Assembly (NCBI GenBank): GCA_964016885.1
Contig: OZ024747.1
Location: forward strand, 73,842,001 to 73,906,000
Direction: 5' to 3'
Source of the DNA: Eledone cirrhosa
Taxonomy: Eukaryota
Length of the DNA stretch: 64,000 nt
Below, piece by piece: positions 53,001 through 64,000 of this stretch; within the stretch, counting starts at the first letter, position 1; the number at the start of each line of letters is the position of its first letter. Both the position numbers and the translations under genes were made by a program. The notes below the pieces were generated by a model. It was not told the DNA's origin and made no database searches. It saw only the letters and a list, made by a program, of their open reading frames with translations.

Positions 53001-55570
53001 CCATTACTCCCGCAACCACCACCGGCACCATCACTCCCGCAACCACCACCTGCACCATCACTCCCGCAACCACCACCGGCACCATCACTCCCGCAACCAC
53101 CACCGGCACCATCACTCCCGCAACCACCACCTGCACCATCACTCCCGCAACCACCACCGGCACCATTACTCCCGCAACCACCACCTGCACCATTACTCCC
53201 GCAACCACCACCGGCACCATTACTCCCGCAACCACCACCGGCACCATCACTCCCGCAACCACCACCGGCACCATTACTCCCGCAACCACCACCGGCACCA
53301 TCACTCCCGCAACCACCACTGGCACCATCACTCCCGCAACCACCACCTGCACCATCACTCCCGCAACCACCACCTGCACCATCACTCCCGCAACCACCAC
53401 CGGCACCATCACTCCCGCAACCACCACCTGCACCATTACTCCCGCAACCACCAGCGGCACCATCACTCCCGCAACCACCACCGGCACCATCACTCCCGCA
53501 ACCACCACTGGCACCATCACTCCCGCAACCACCACCGGCACCATCACTCCCGCAACCACCACCTGCACCATCACTCCCGCAACCACCACCTGCACCATCA
53601 CTCCCGCAACCACCACCGGCACCATCACTCCCGCAACCACCACCGGCACCATTACTCCCGCAACCACCACCTGCACCATCACTCCCGCAACCACCACCGG
53701 CACCATCACTCCCGCAACCACCACTGGCACCATCACTCCCGCAACCACCACCGGCACCATCACTCCCGCAACCACCACCTGCACCATCACTCCCGCAACC
53801 ACCACCTGCACCATTACTCCCGCAACCACCACTGGCACCATCACTCCCGCAACCACCACCGGCACCATCACTCCCGCAACCACCACCTGCACCATCACTC
53901 CCGCAACCACCACCGGCACCATCACTCCCGCAACCACCACCTGCACCATTACTCCCGCAACCACCACTGGCACCATCACTCCCGCAACCACCACCGGCAC
54001 CATCACTCCCGCAACCACCACCTGCACCATCACTCCCGCAACCACCACCGGCACCATTACTCCCGCAACCACCACCGGCACCATCACTCCCGCAACCACC
54101 ACCGGCACCATCACTCCCGCAACCACCACCGGTACCATCACTCCCGCAACCACCACCGGCACCATCACTCCCGCAACCACCACCGGCACCATCACTCCCG
54201 CAACCACCACCGGCACCATCACTCCCGCAACCACCACCGGCACCATCACTCCCGCAACCACCACCGGCACCATTACTCCCGCAACCACCACCGGCACCAT
54301 CACTCCCGCAACCACCACCGGCACCATTACTCCCGCAACCACCACTGGCACCATCACTCCCGCAACCACCACCGGCACCATTACTCCCGCAACCACCACC
54401 GGCACCATCACTCCCGCAACCACCACCGGCACCATTACTCCCGCAACCACCACCGGCACCATCACTCGCGCAACCACCACCTGCACCATCACTCCCGCAA
54501 CCACCACCTGCACCATCACTCCCGCAACCACCACCGGCACCATCACTCCCGCAACCACCACCTGCACCATCACTCCCGCAACCACCACCGGCACCATTAC
54601 TCCCGCAACCACCACCGGCACCATCACTCCCGCAACCACCACCGGCACCATCACTCCCGCAACCACCACCGGCACCATCACTCCCGCAACCACCACCGGC
54701 ACCATCACTCCCGCAACCTCCACCGGCACCATTACTCCCGCAACCACCACCGGCACCATCACTCCCGCAACCACCACCTGCACCATCACTCCCGCAACCA
54801 CCACCTGCACCATCACTCCCGCAACCACCACCGGCACCATCACTCCCGCAACCACCACCGGCACCATCACTCCCGCAACCACCACCGGCACCATCACTCC
54901 CGCAACCACCACCTGCACCATCACTCCCGCAACCACCACCGGCACCATCACTCCCGCAACCACCACCGGCACCATTACTCCCGCAACCAACACCGGCACC
55001 ATCACTCCCGCAACCACCACCGGCACCATCACTCCCGCAACCACCACTGGCACCATCACTCCCGCAACCACCACCGGCACCATCACTCCCGCAACCACCA
55101 CCTGCACCATCACTCCCGCAACCACCACCGGCACCATTACTCCCGCAACCACCACCGGCACCATCACTCCCGCAACCACCACCGGCACCATCACTCCCGC
55201 AACCACCACTGGCACCATCACTCCCGCAACCACCACCGGCACCATCACTCCCGCAACCACCACCGGCACCATCACTCCCGCAACCACCACCGGCACCATC
55301 ACTCCCGCAACCACCACTGGCACCATCACTCCCGCAACCACCACCGGCACCATTACTCCCGCAACCATCACTCCCGCAACCACCACCGGCACCATCACTC
55401 CCGCAACCACCACCTGCACCATCACTCCCGCAACCACCACCGGCAACATCACTCCCGCAACCACCACCTGCACCATCACTCCCGCAACCACCACCTGCAC
55501 CATTACTCCCGCAACCACCACCTGCACCATAACTACCGAAATCATCACTACTACAATTGTTACTCTATAA
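50003..55570 (+). CDS. Possible mucin-like Thr/Pro-rich exon, (TTT[G/C]TITPA)n
   Basis: Stop-free from 50003 to TAA at 55568-55570, no ATG; ATC/ATT, ACC/ACT/ACA and GGC/GGT variants are silent in this frame; possible CAG acceptors ending at 50007 and 50015. Confidence 0.3.
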   Translation, partial: HRLTGFVTGTITPATTTGTITPATTTGTITPATTTGTITPATTTGTITPATTTGTITPATTTGTITPATTTGTITPATTTCTITPATTTGTITPATTTGTITPATTTGTITPATTTGTITPATTTGTITPATTTGTITPATTTGTITPATTTGTITPATTTCTITPATTTCTITPATTTGTITPATTTCTITPATTTCTITPATTTGTITPATTTGTITPATTTGTITPATTTCTITPSTTTCTITPATTTGTITPATTTGTITPATTTCTITPATTTGTITPATTTGTITPATTTCTITPATTTCTITPATTTGTITPATTTCTITPATTTCTITPATTTGTITPATTTGTITPATTTCTITPATTTGTITPATTTGTITPATTTGTITPATTTGTITPATTTGTITPATTTCTITPATTTGTITPATTTCTITPATTTGTITPATTTGTITPATTTGTITPATTTGTITPATTTGTITPATTTCTITPATTTCTITPATTTGTITPATTTCTITPATTTGTITPATTTGTITPATTTGTITPATTTGTITPATTTCTITPATTTCTITPATTTGTITPATTTGTITPATTTCTITPATTTGTITPATTTGTITPATTTGTITPATTTCTITPATTTCTITPATTTGTITPATTTGTITPATTTCTITPATTTGTITPATTTCTITPATTTGTITPATTTGTITPATTTCTITPATTTGTITPATTTGTITPATTTGTITPATTTGTITPATTTGIITPATTTGTITPATTTGTITPATTTGTITPATTTGTITPATTTCTITPATTTGTITPATTTGTITPATTTGTITPATTTGTITPATTTCTITPATTTCTITPATTTGTITPATTTGTITPATTTCTITPATTTGTITPATTTGTITPATTTCTITPATTTGTITPGTTTCTITPATTTGTITPATTTCTITPATTTCTITPATTTGTITPATTTGTITPATTTCTITPATTTGTITPATTTGTITPATTTGTITPATTTCTITPATTTGTITPATTTGTITPATTTCTITPATTTGTITPATTTCTITPATTTGTITPATTTGTITPATTTGTITPATTTGTITPATTTGTITPATTTCTITPATTTCTITPATTTGTITPATTTCTITPATTSGTITPATTTGTITPATTTGTITPATTTGTITPATTTCTITPATTTCTITPATTTGTITPATTTGTITPATTTCTITPATTTGTITPATTTGTITPATTTGTITPATTTCTITPATTTCTITPATTTGTITPATTTGTITPATTTCTITPATTTGTITPATTTCTITPATTTGTITPATTTGTITPATTTCTITPATTTGTITPATTTGTITPATTTGTITPATTTGTITPATTTGTITPATTTGTITPATTTGTITPATTTGTITPATTTGTITPATTTGTITPATTTGTITPATTTGTITPATTTGTITPATTTGTITPATTTGTITPATTTGTITRATTTCTITPATTTCTITPATTTGTITPATTTCTITPATTTGTITPATTTGTITPATTTGTITPATTTGTITPATTTGTITPATSTGTITPATTTGTITPATTTCTITPATTTCTITPATTTGTITPATTTGTITPATTTGTITPATTTCTITPATTTGTITPATTTGTITPATNTGTITPATTTGTITPATTTGTITPATTTGTITPATTTCTITPATTTGTITPATTTGTITPATTTGTITPATTTGTITPATTTGTITPATTTGTITPATTTGTITPATTTGTITPATTTGTITPATITPATTTGTITPATTTCTITPATTTGNITPATTTCTITPATTTCTITPATTTCTITTEIITTTIVTL
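50024..55530 (+). repeat. 27-bp tandem array (ACCACCACCGGCACCATCACTCCCGCA)n, about 204 units
   Basis: Strict 27-bp period; only one length variant (in-frame, near 55360). Confidence 0.97.
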
Positions 55571-56042
55571 TGTTTATAGACCTCCATACATCGTTGTCAG
55601 AATCACAACCATCTCCCCGCCCCATCTACCAAGCTGTTGATTAGACATTTATCCTCACCTGGCAATCCCCTTCCTTCAACTTTACATTCCGTTTTCCGGA
55701 ACCAACCCACCGCCACACATATATTTAAATCTAGATAATATAATAAGAACAATAATATGCAGTAAAGTTGCCAGCGTGCAAATATTAGTGTACAGTATAT
55801 ACAGATAGTGCAGCGCAATGCACCTGATTAATGCAGTTTATTACAGAATATAACTGCATATCATGTTTCATGCCAATTGCATGATGTAATTTAAAAGAAA
55901 TTATTGATATAAACTCATACAAATTCTATCCATTATATCTAAATTCATTAACTTAGGAATAAATAAAGAAATATATATGTATATGTGAAGGTAAATGTGT
56001 GTGAGTGCGTATATGTGCATATATTTATATATATAGTCACAT

Positions 56043-56088
<46 letters not shown>

Positions 56089-56094
<6 letters not shown>

Positions 56095-56430
56095 TAAAAT
56101 AACAGATTAAAGTTTAAGCAAAGAATTGCTGCTTTCACCCTTAACGGGATATTCTGAAACTAACAAAGTCAATCTGTAAACGCAGAAGTGGATATTTAAA
56201 AAAACGTTGCAACCGAAGGAAGACAGGAAGACGATACTTTGGTTCGTGGAACCAAATTGACTTTGTTAGTTTCAGAAGATCCCGTTAAGGGTGAAAGCAG
56301 CGATTCTTTGCTTAAACTTTAATCTGTTATTTTAATAAATATTTGGTCTACGGTTCTTATATATTTGATATATATTTATCCTTATAGAGCCCTCTTTGCA
56401 TTTTAGTCTTCAAATTTATTATTATTACTA
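56089..56430 (+). mobile_element. Fold-back element (~85-bp arms plus ~90-bp tail) carrying a hammerhead-like fold
   Basis: 56089-56173 is the reverse complement of 56256-56341; flanked by (TA)n; second copy at 45184. Confidence 0.8.
56268..56318 (+). ncRNA. Variant type I hammerhead fold (core CAGAAGA)
   Basis: Stem I AGTTT/AAACT; CAGAAGA; stem II t-CCC-gttaa-GGG-t; GAAA; stem III AGCA/TGCT; CTT triplet; AATAAA at 56334. Confidence 0.55.
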
Positions 56431-56441
56431 TATATATATAT

Positions 56442-57050
56442 GGTGGCTGCCAACTCGTTTTCGAGTACGGCCACTACTTTATATCCATGTAGGAGAGTCC
56501 CTACCGAAGCGCTGAACAAGTGTGACTTTTTAGTCCAGCCACCGACTTAAAAACTCTGGTACAAACACTACACCTGTGACAATTATTGACACATAGTGCA
56601 GGGCCCATGGTACTATGTGACGACAAGGGCAGAGAGATCTCAAGATATAAAGCAATGCCTGTGCCGTGAAGCTTTTATAGTGAGCAAAGGCACTGCACAA
56701 AACCAGTCCCACTCTCTTGACCAAGATGATATTTACTAAAAAGAAGAACAAGTCAACATCATTGGATACCATCAGGGTTGCAGGTGTTATATCAGAGTTT
56801 TCCTTCTCCTAGAATTCTGCCTTGACAAAGGCTAAGGGGTCATCTCTCCCGGTGATTTTGGATGGCCATTGACTCATAAGAGCTCCTTTGCCCTTTGACA
56901 GGTTTTGTTTTTAGTCCTGCAGGATGTCCAAAGTCATCCTCTTCACCAAGAAACCTTGGTGGTGTTGCCAGTTTAGTCGCCAACGACCCGACCATGAGAC
57001 ATGTTGTACTGGGATACATGTTACCAGTAGCACCAACTGGTGACCTGGCA
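56442..57050 (-). mobile_element. Probable RTE-LINE 5' UTR-derived fragment
   Basis: GC-richer island between (TA)n tracts; minus strand has CTAGGAGAAGGAAAACTCTGA, recalled as an RTE 5' UTR motif. Confidence 0.35.
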
Positions 57051-57069
57051 TATATATATATATATATAC

Positions 57070-57225
<156 letters not shown>

Positions 57226-57435
57226 TTGCTTTGCAAGGTTTTTGATATGAAATCGTGTGTTGAAACAAATATTGTCATATTCAGGGAGAGTCATATTGTT
57301 ATGATATTGCCAGAAATAATAATAGAACACACTCACTGTTTGGTTTGGATTGGTTTTCGTTTCTGTATCTTTTATATCTCCATAGCTACTTTAGCTGGCA
57401 ATCAATGGTTATCATCGTTTTACCAACAGTTAAAA

Positions 57436-57481
<46 letters not shown>

Positions 57482-57605
57482 AATCAAAGTTCTTTCATCA
57501 GTAGTACACACACATACACACATCTATATATATACATATATATAAGGGTGGTGGCACTGGGCGGGCCTGGAGGGGGGATGGTCATCCCCAATATATATAT
57601 ATATA

Positions 57606-57700
<95 letters not shown>

Positions 57701-58043
57701 AAGAGAGATAGATAGAAAGAAAGGGGGAGATCTAGATTGATAGATATCACCTCATTCACATATCGTCATCAGAAATAATTTTCCAACCATGCTATTGTAC
57801 AAATTACGATATAAAAAATCCATGAAGATTAGATACATATATATCTATTATCGAGGATATTGAATACATATTAGTAGAAATTCATTAAATAATATCATAC
57901 CATCAAACTGACTACTTAGTCTTATATCAATGTATCACAAGATCTTATCTACCAACATACTTCTTAATGTATAGCACTGCATACATATCTTTTAGAAATC
58001 ATATTTCTATAATGTTTTTTTTTAAATCCAGTATGTTAATACG

Positions 58044-58123
<80 letters not shown>

Positions 58124-58256
58124 TATGGAGAGAGAGAGAGAGAGAGAGAATTTAAAAAGAAGCATCGTATTAACATTACCTGCATAGTGTAGTCTAATTA
58201 TGGAGCGTATAAACCCACTGAACGTAACAAGATGGCTTTCAGCACACACTCACACA

Positions 58257-58312
<56 letters not shown>

Positions 58313-58574
58313 AACGAAGCGCCCAAGCTATAAAAAAAAGGCATATAAAATGGACTGATGACTCTTAAAATACGGAAAAAGAAGTTGTCATCGGCCGTTA
58401 TGAGGAATTGAACTCCGTATCTTCCAGATACCTGGTAGACGATTTAATATTTAAGCTAAGGAGGCACGACAACTTTCCTTCCGTCATTATGTTATCACCA
58501 ATTTTTATTTTAAATCATTTCATTTCCTATATAACGTGGTTTAATTTTTAATTATCCAATTATATTATTGTTTT

Positions 58575-58632
<58 letters not shown>

Positions 58633-58814
58633 ACATAAGTTGTCTCTAATATTAGACATCTCAATGAAAAGATAAAGTGTAAAGATAAAATATCACCTCA
58701 GAGATATTAAACGTAAGCCAGAGTCTTTTCTATATCCCTAATTTGCCCTCACAAACTTCTCGCAAATACGTGAGCGTAAGATAAGAAGAAGAAGAAGAAG
58801 AATTGGTGAATACC

Positions 58815-59130
58815 TGGTGGAGTGAAGTCACGTGGTTAAGGTATTTCGATCGCGGTCGTAAGCTCGTGAATTTGATTCCTGACAAAGTTTTGGATACTTG
58901 AGTAGGACCTTTTTTTCGTATTGCTCCAGTTCATTCATCAGCTAAAATGGAGTTCTATTTGTACTTCAATGCTTCACCCTTGTCACACACTGTGTCTCAC
59001 TGAATCTCCCTGAGTATTGAGTTAATAATTCACGTATCTACTGAATTCTTTTTCACTACTTGTATGTGCGTTTCATGAGCAGGTTGTTACAGGATTCAAA
59101 GAATTTTGGACACAGCTTGTCGGAATCAAC
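58815..59130 (+). mobile_element. Diverged SINE family B copy
   Basis: tRNA-like head, TTGCTCCAGTTCATTCATCAGCT body. Confidence 0.5.
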
Positions 59131-59137
59131 GCCCGAC

Positions 59138-59585
59138 GAATATACATCATATATATATACACATCAAATATACAGCACACATCATATATACACATCGAAT
59201 ATACAGCACATATCATACATACACATCGAATATACAGCAGACATCATATATACACATCGAATATACAGCACATATCATATATACATATCGAATATACAGC
59301 AGACATATATACACATCGAATATACAGCACATATCATATATACACATCGAATATACAGCATATATCATATATACACATCAAATATACAGCACACATCATG
59401 TATACACATAGAATATACAGCAGACATCATATATACACATCAAATATACAGCACACATCATGTATACATATCGAATATACAGCATACATTATATATACAC
59501 ATCGAATATACAGCACACATCATGTATACATATCGAATATACAGCATACATCATATATACATATCGAATATACAGCACATATCAT
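59138..59585. repeat. 31-bp minisatellite (ACACATCGAATATACAGCACATATCATATAT)n, about 14 units
   Basis: Direct periodicity. Confidence 0.92.
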
Positions 59586-60087
59586 CACTTGCTAGACAAC
59601 TGACAATGAAGAGCAGGCGTTTTTATTGCCAATATAAGTATGTCTATGGGTGAGAATGATGTTGACTGCGTTGTTCCTAAGATTTCTAGATCTATCAATA
59701 TGTGATGTTTAATTCGATAAAGATTTTGTAGAGAAACAAGATTCCTTCATGAAGGGGATTGAAAGACTGCACTTAGGCCTCCTTAGATAACAGTTGACAT
59801 AAGATGAGCAAATAAATCTAACTAAATCCACAGGTAAACGTCCTATCTGGAAGAAAAGGGGTTATGTAAGACATATTCTTTTCTTTCTGTGGTTTATTCG
59901 GCATACTATTAACTTAGACCATCGACCTCAATAGACAAGTATGTTTAATTAAAGGGAATTATAGCATCATACATAACACTGTCCAAAGATTTAGCTGGCA
60001 TCAATAATGTCACAGAAGAAATCGCAAAATAACTGGGAAAAAGGAAAAGAAAAAAAACAGTAGAAACATTCTATATTTGTATTATTA

Positions 60088-60600
60088 TGAGAGTTTTGGA
60101 GAGAGAGAGAGAAAGACAAATGAGGGTTAGATAGAGAGTAAGAGAGAAAAGGGTAGTGAGTGCGGGAGAGAGTGTGAGAGAGAAGGTGAGAGAAGTGGAG
60201 AAAACGGGAGAGAGAAGCGAGTGAGAGAGCAGGGAATAGAGAAGGGGGAAAAGAGAATGGGAGACAGGGAGAAGGAAAATGGGAGAGAGAAAGAGGGGAC
60301 AGAGAGAGAGGTGAAGAAAGAAGAGGAGAGAGCGAGAGAGAAAATGTAAGAAAAGGAAAGAGGGGGAAAGGGAGAATGTGAGAGAGGTTGAGTGATGAGA
60401 GAGAATGAGAGAGAGAAGAAGTGAGATAGCAGTGGAGAGATAGAATGAGAGAGGGAGAAAGAGAGTAGAGGAGAGAAGGAAATAAAGAAGGTGAGAGAAG
60501 GGAAGAGAGGAAGAGAGATAATATGAGAGAGGGTGAGACATAAGGAGAGTGAGAGTGAGAGAGGGGTGAGAAAGTGAGCGTATATGAAAGGATGAAAAGT
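60088..60600. repeat. Purine-rich (GA) low-complexity tract
   Basis: Directly visible. Confidence 0.85.
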
Positions 60601-60649
60601 GAAAGTGGAAGTTGAATGAGGGTGAAAAGTAGTGTGAAGGGCGGAGTGG

Positions 60650-62636
60650 AGTTACAGTAGTGTGAGGGGTGTTATAGTAGAGTGAAAGGGGGGGCGTGTT
60701 ATAGTAGAGTGAAAGGTGGGGGTGTTATAGTAGTGTTAGGGGTGGAGGGGTTTTATAGTAATGTGAAGGTGGAGGGTATTATGGTAGCGTGAAGACGGCG
60801 GGGTGTTATAGTAGAGTGAAAGGTGGAGGGCAGCTAGAGTAAAGTGAAAGGTGGAGGGGTGTTATAGTAGAGTGAAAGGTGGAGGGGAGCTAGAGTAAAG
60901 TGAAAGGTGGAGAGGGGGTTATAGTAGAGTGGAAGGTGGAGGGGTGTTATAGTAGAGTGAAAGGTGGAGGGATGTTATAGTAGAGTGAAAGGTGGAGGGA
61001 TGTTATAGTAGAGTGAAAGGTGGAGAGGATGTTATAGTAGAGTGAAAGGTGGAGAGGATGTTATAGTAGAGTGAAAGGTGGAGGGATGTTATAGTAGAGT
61101 GAAAGGTGGAGAGGATGTTATAGTAGAGTGAAAGGTGGAGGGATGTTATAGTAGAGTGAAAGGTGGAGAGGATGTTATAGTAGAGTGAAAGGTGGAGGGA
61201 TGTTATAGTAGAGTGAAAGGTGGAGAGGATGTTATAGTAGAGTGAAAGGTGGAGAGGATGTTATAGTAGAGTGAAAGGTGGAGAGGATGTTATAGTAGAG
61301 TGAAAGGTGGAGGGCAGCTAGAGTAAAGTGAAAGGTGGAGGGGTGTTATAGTAGAGTGAAAGGTGGAGGGGAGCTAGAGTAAAGTGAAAGGTGGAGAGGG
61401 GGTTATAGTAGAGTGGAAGGTGGAGGGGTGTTATAGTAGAGTGAAAGGTGGAGGGATGTTATAGTAGAGTGAAAGGTGGAGGGATGTTATAGTAGAGTGA
61501 AAGGTGGAGAGGATGTTATAGTAGAGTGAAAGGTGGAGGGATGTTATAGTAGAGTGAAAGGTGGAGAGGATGTTATAGTAGAGTGAAAGGTGGAGGGATG
61601 TTATAGTAGAGTGAAAGGTGGAGAGGATGTTATAGTAGAGTGAAAGGTGGAGGGATGTTATAGTAGAGTGAAAGGTGGAGGGATGTTATAGTAGAGTGAA
61701 AGGTGGAGAGGATGTTATAGTAGAGTGAAAGGTGGAGGGATGTTATAGTAGAGTGAAAGGTGGAGAGGATGTTATAGTAGAGTGAAAGGTGGAGAGGATG
61801 TTATAGTAGAGTGAAAGGTGGAGAGGATGTTATAGTAGAGTGAAAGGTGGAGGGCAGCTAGAGTAAAGTGAAAGGTGGAGGGGTGTTATAGTAGAGTGAA
61901 AGGTGGAGGGGAGCTAGAGTAAAGTGAAAGGTGGAGAGGTGGTTATAGTAGAGTGGAAGGTGGAGGGGTGTTATAGTAGAGTGAAAGGTGGAGGGATGTT
62001 ATAGTAGAGTGAAAGGTGGAGGGATGTTATAGTAGAGTGAAAGGTGGAGAGGATGTTATAGTAGAGTGAAAGGTGGAGGGATGTTATAGTAGAGTGAAAG
62101 GTGGAGAGGATGTTATAGTAGAGTGAAAGGTGGAGGGATGTTATAGTAGAGTGAAAGGTGGAGAGGATGTTATAGTAGAGTGAAAGGTGGAGGGATGTTA
62201 TAGTAGAGTGAAAGGTGGAGGGATGTTATAGTAGAGTGAAAGGTGGAGAGGATGTTATAGTAGAGTGAAAGGTGGAGGGATGTTATAGTAGAGTGAAAGG
62301 TGGAGAGGATGTTATAGTAGAGTGAAAGGTGGAGAGGATGTTATAGTAGAGTGAAAGGTGGAGAGGATGTTATAGTAGAGTGAAAGGTGGAGAGGATGTT
62401 ATAGTAGAGTGAAAGGTGGAGAGGATGTTATAGTAGAGTGAAAGGTGGAGAGGATGTTATAGTAGAGTGAAAGGTGGAGGGATGTTATAGTAGAGTGAAA
62501 GGTGGAGAGGATGTTATAGTAGAGTGAAAGGTAGAGAGGATGTTATAGTAGAGTGAAAGGTGGAGGGATGTTATAGTAGAGTGAAAGGTGGAGAGGATGT
62601 TATAGTAGAGTGAAAGGTGGAGAGGATGTTATAGTA
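60650..62636. repeat. 28/29-bp minisatellite (GTTATAGTAGAGTGAAAGGTGGAG[A]GGAT)n with a higher-order repeat
   Basis: Direct periodicity; variant CAGCTAGAGTAAAGTG at about 60831, 61315 and 61855. Confidence 0.95.
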
Positions 62637-62922
62637 AGCAGAAGTGAGCTTTTCAAGTTGTATAGTTTCCGATAGCGAAGAGGGGAGGCTGCAATTACAG
62701 TCACCAACGACAATGTATGATTCGTTCTATTCTATAAAGCTCAGTGTGATATCATTCCTTATTTTGAACAGTACTAGATATCCTTTGTATCGCATGCTAT
62801 GTTGAATAATAACATCTTTAATGACCTTTTAATTCTTCATACAAGTGGGAAATGTCGTACTCACACGTATTCACTGAAACACACACACATACACACACAT
62901 ATACATACGCATATATATAATG

Positions 62923-63015
<93 letters not shown>

Positions 63016-63019
<4 letters not shown>

Positions 63020-63057
63020 CCGCCCATGGACGCATCTTAGCAACCATAAGACATATA

Positions 63058-63104
<47 letters not shown>

Positions 63105-63150
63105 CTTATATATGCGTCCATGGGCGGTATGCCGGTTGAGCACTCGATTT

Positions 63151-63155
<5 letters not shown>
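63016..63155. repeat. Small inverted repeat enclosing a (TA)n tract, with a short 3' tail
   Basis: ATACCGCCCATGGACGCAT..TAAGACA versus TGTCTTA..ATGCGTCCATGGGCGGTAT. Confidence 0.7.
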
Positions 63156-63185
<30 letters not shown>

Positions 63186-63189
<4 letters not shown>

Positions 63190-63380
63190 GGAACGAGTAG
63201 GACCCCGACGGCTGAGCTCAAGCCGTTTCGACGGCTAATTAGTCCAGAATTAGCCGTCGAAACGGCTTGAGCTCAGCCGTCTGTGTCCTACTCGTTCCTA
63301 TTACCCACTCTACTACCCTAAGTATTGAGTACTTTGGTGCGTTATGGTCCACCTGGTTCCTTACCACATTTCCTTCGTTA
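63186..63380 (+). mobile_element. Fold-back mini element containing the 3' half of a hammerhead fold
   Basis: 63186-63302 is palindromic; the right arm reads GAAAC-GGCT-tgagctc-AGCC-GTC; tail to 63380; (TA)n flanks. Confidence 0.8.
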
Positions 63381-64000
63381 TATATATATATATATATGTT
63401 GCAATTAGTAAATTCCCAATGGAGAGTCTACTCTCTACTCCGTTTTGGCTAGCCTGCAACATAGGCATACGCAGACAACACAGATCTACACACACACACA
63501 TATATATATATACGTATATATATATATTTATTTATATTTATATTTACATAGAGAGAGAGAATAGGGCAGGTGGATATGTAGATAGGCAGATAGGTAAGAA
63601 GACAATATATACATGAAATTTACCACAATACGATATATATGCAATATGATGTATACATTAAGTCATATCGAATTCTGAGAGGTTATCTTATTTGACAAGA
63701 AATTAATAGCATTAAGGTGTAAAATCAAATATTTATAAAAGTAAGGACCATAAATATCACACATACATCGATAATCGAATTACCCATTAGAACCCATTGT
63801 ATAATATAAACATTAATGTTAAACATGAATGTATGGTTAATGAAATTTTATATTTCAAACAGGACTGAGAGTGGTTAAAATGTTGCTTCATACACATCTG
63901 TTATAGGTTCGGTACCAGCTGCATACCACCATTTACAAGCCTGGTATATAATGCATATGTATACATATACATTATATGTATCTATTAATTTACACATTTC

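Noticed and set aside
49999-55587. Track ORFs (VVVAGVMVP)n on - and (PQPPPAPSL)n on +
   Set aside because: Alternative frames of a stop-poor 27-bp repeat; common variants are replacements in these frames (for example S/L and P/L) and nothing else supports coding
58385-58470. tRNA gene on the minus strand
   Set aside because: B-box-like motif only, with a poor cloverleaf; probably a SINE or MITE remnant

Overview
AT-rich, repeat-dominated animal genomic DNA. Dense (TA)n/(CA)n/(GA)n microsatellites, abundant tRNA-derived SINEs and LINE/Penelope debris suggest a cephalopod such as Octopus (inference). No complete host gene is confidently seen, only a few weak candidate exons; almost all long ORFs in the track are microsatellite artefacts. 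Clear mobile elements are a 5'-truncated Penelope-like element (GIY-YIG endonuclease) with a 1.1-kb inverted duplication and one-sided tail (4894-7764), a frameshifted Tx1/L1-type LINE (33616-35830), RTE-LINE fragments and two SINE families. The most interesting signal is a set of short non-coding elements inserted in (TA)n tracts that carry type I hammerhead ribozyme folds (4676-4718, 49477-49527, and a CAGAAGA variant at 56268-56318). Related fold-back palindromes (23775-23974, 63186-63380 and others) appear to have been mirrored at helix II of a hammerhead and share the Penelope 'inverted arms plus asymmetric tail' layout. A 5.5-kb 27-bp array is open as a mucin-like (TTTGTITPA)n frame with mostly synonymous variation.
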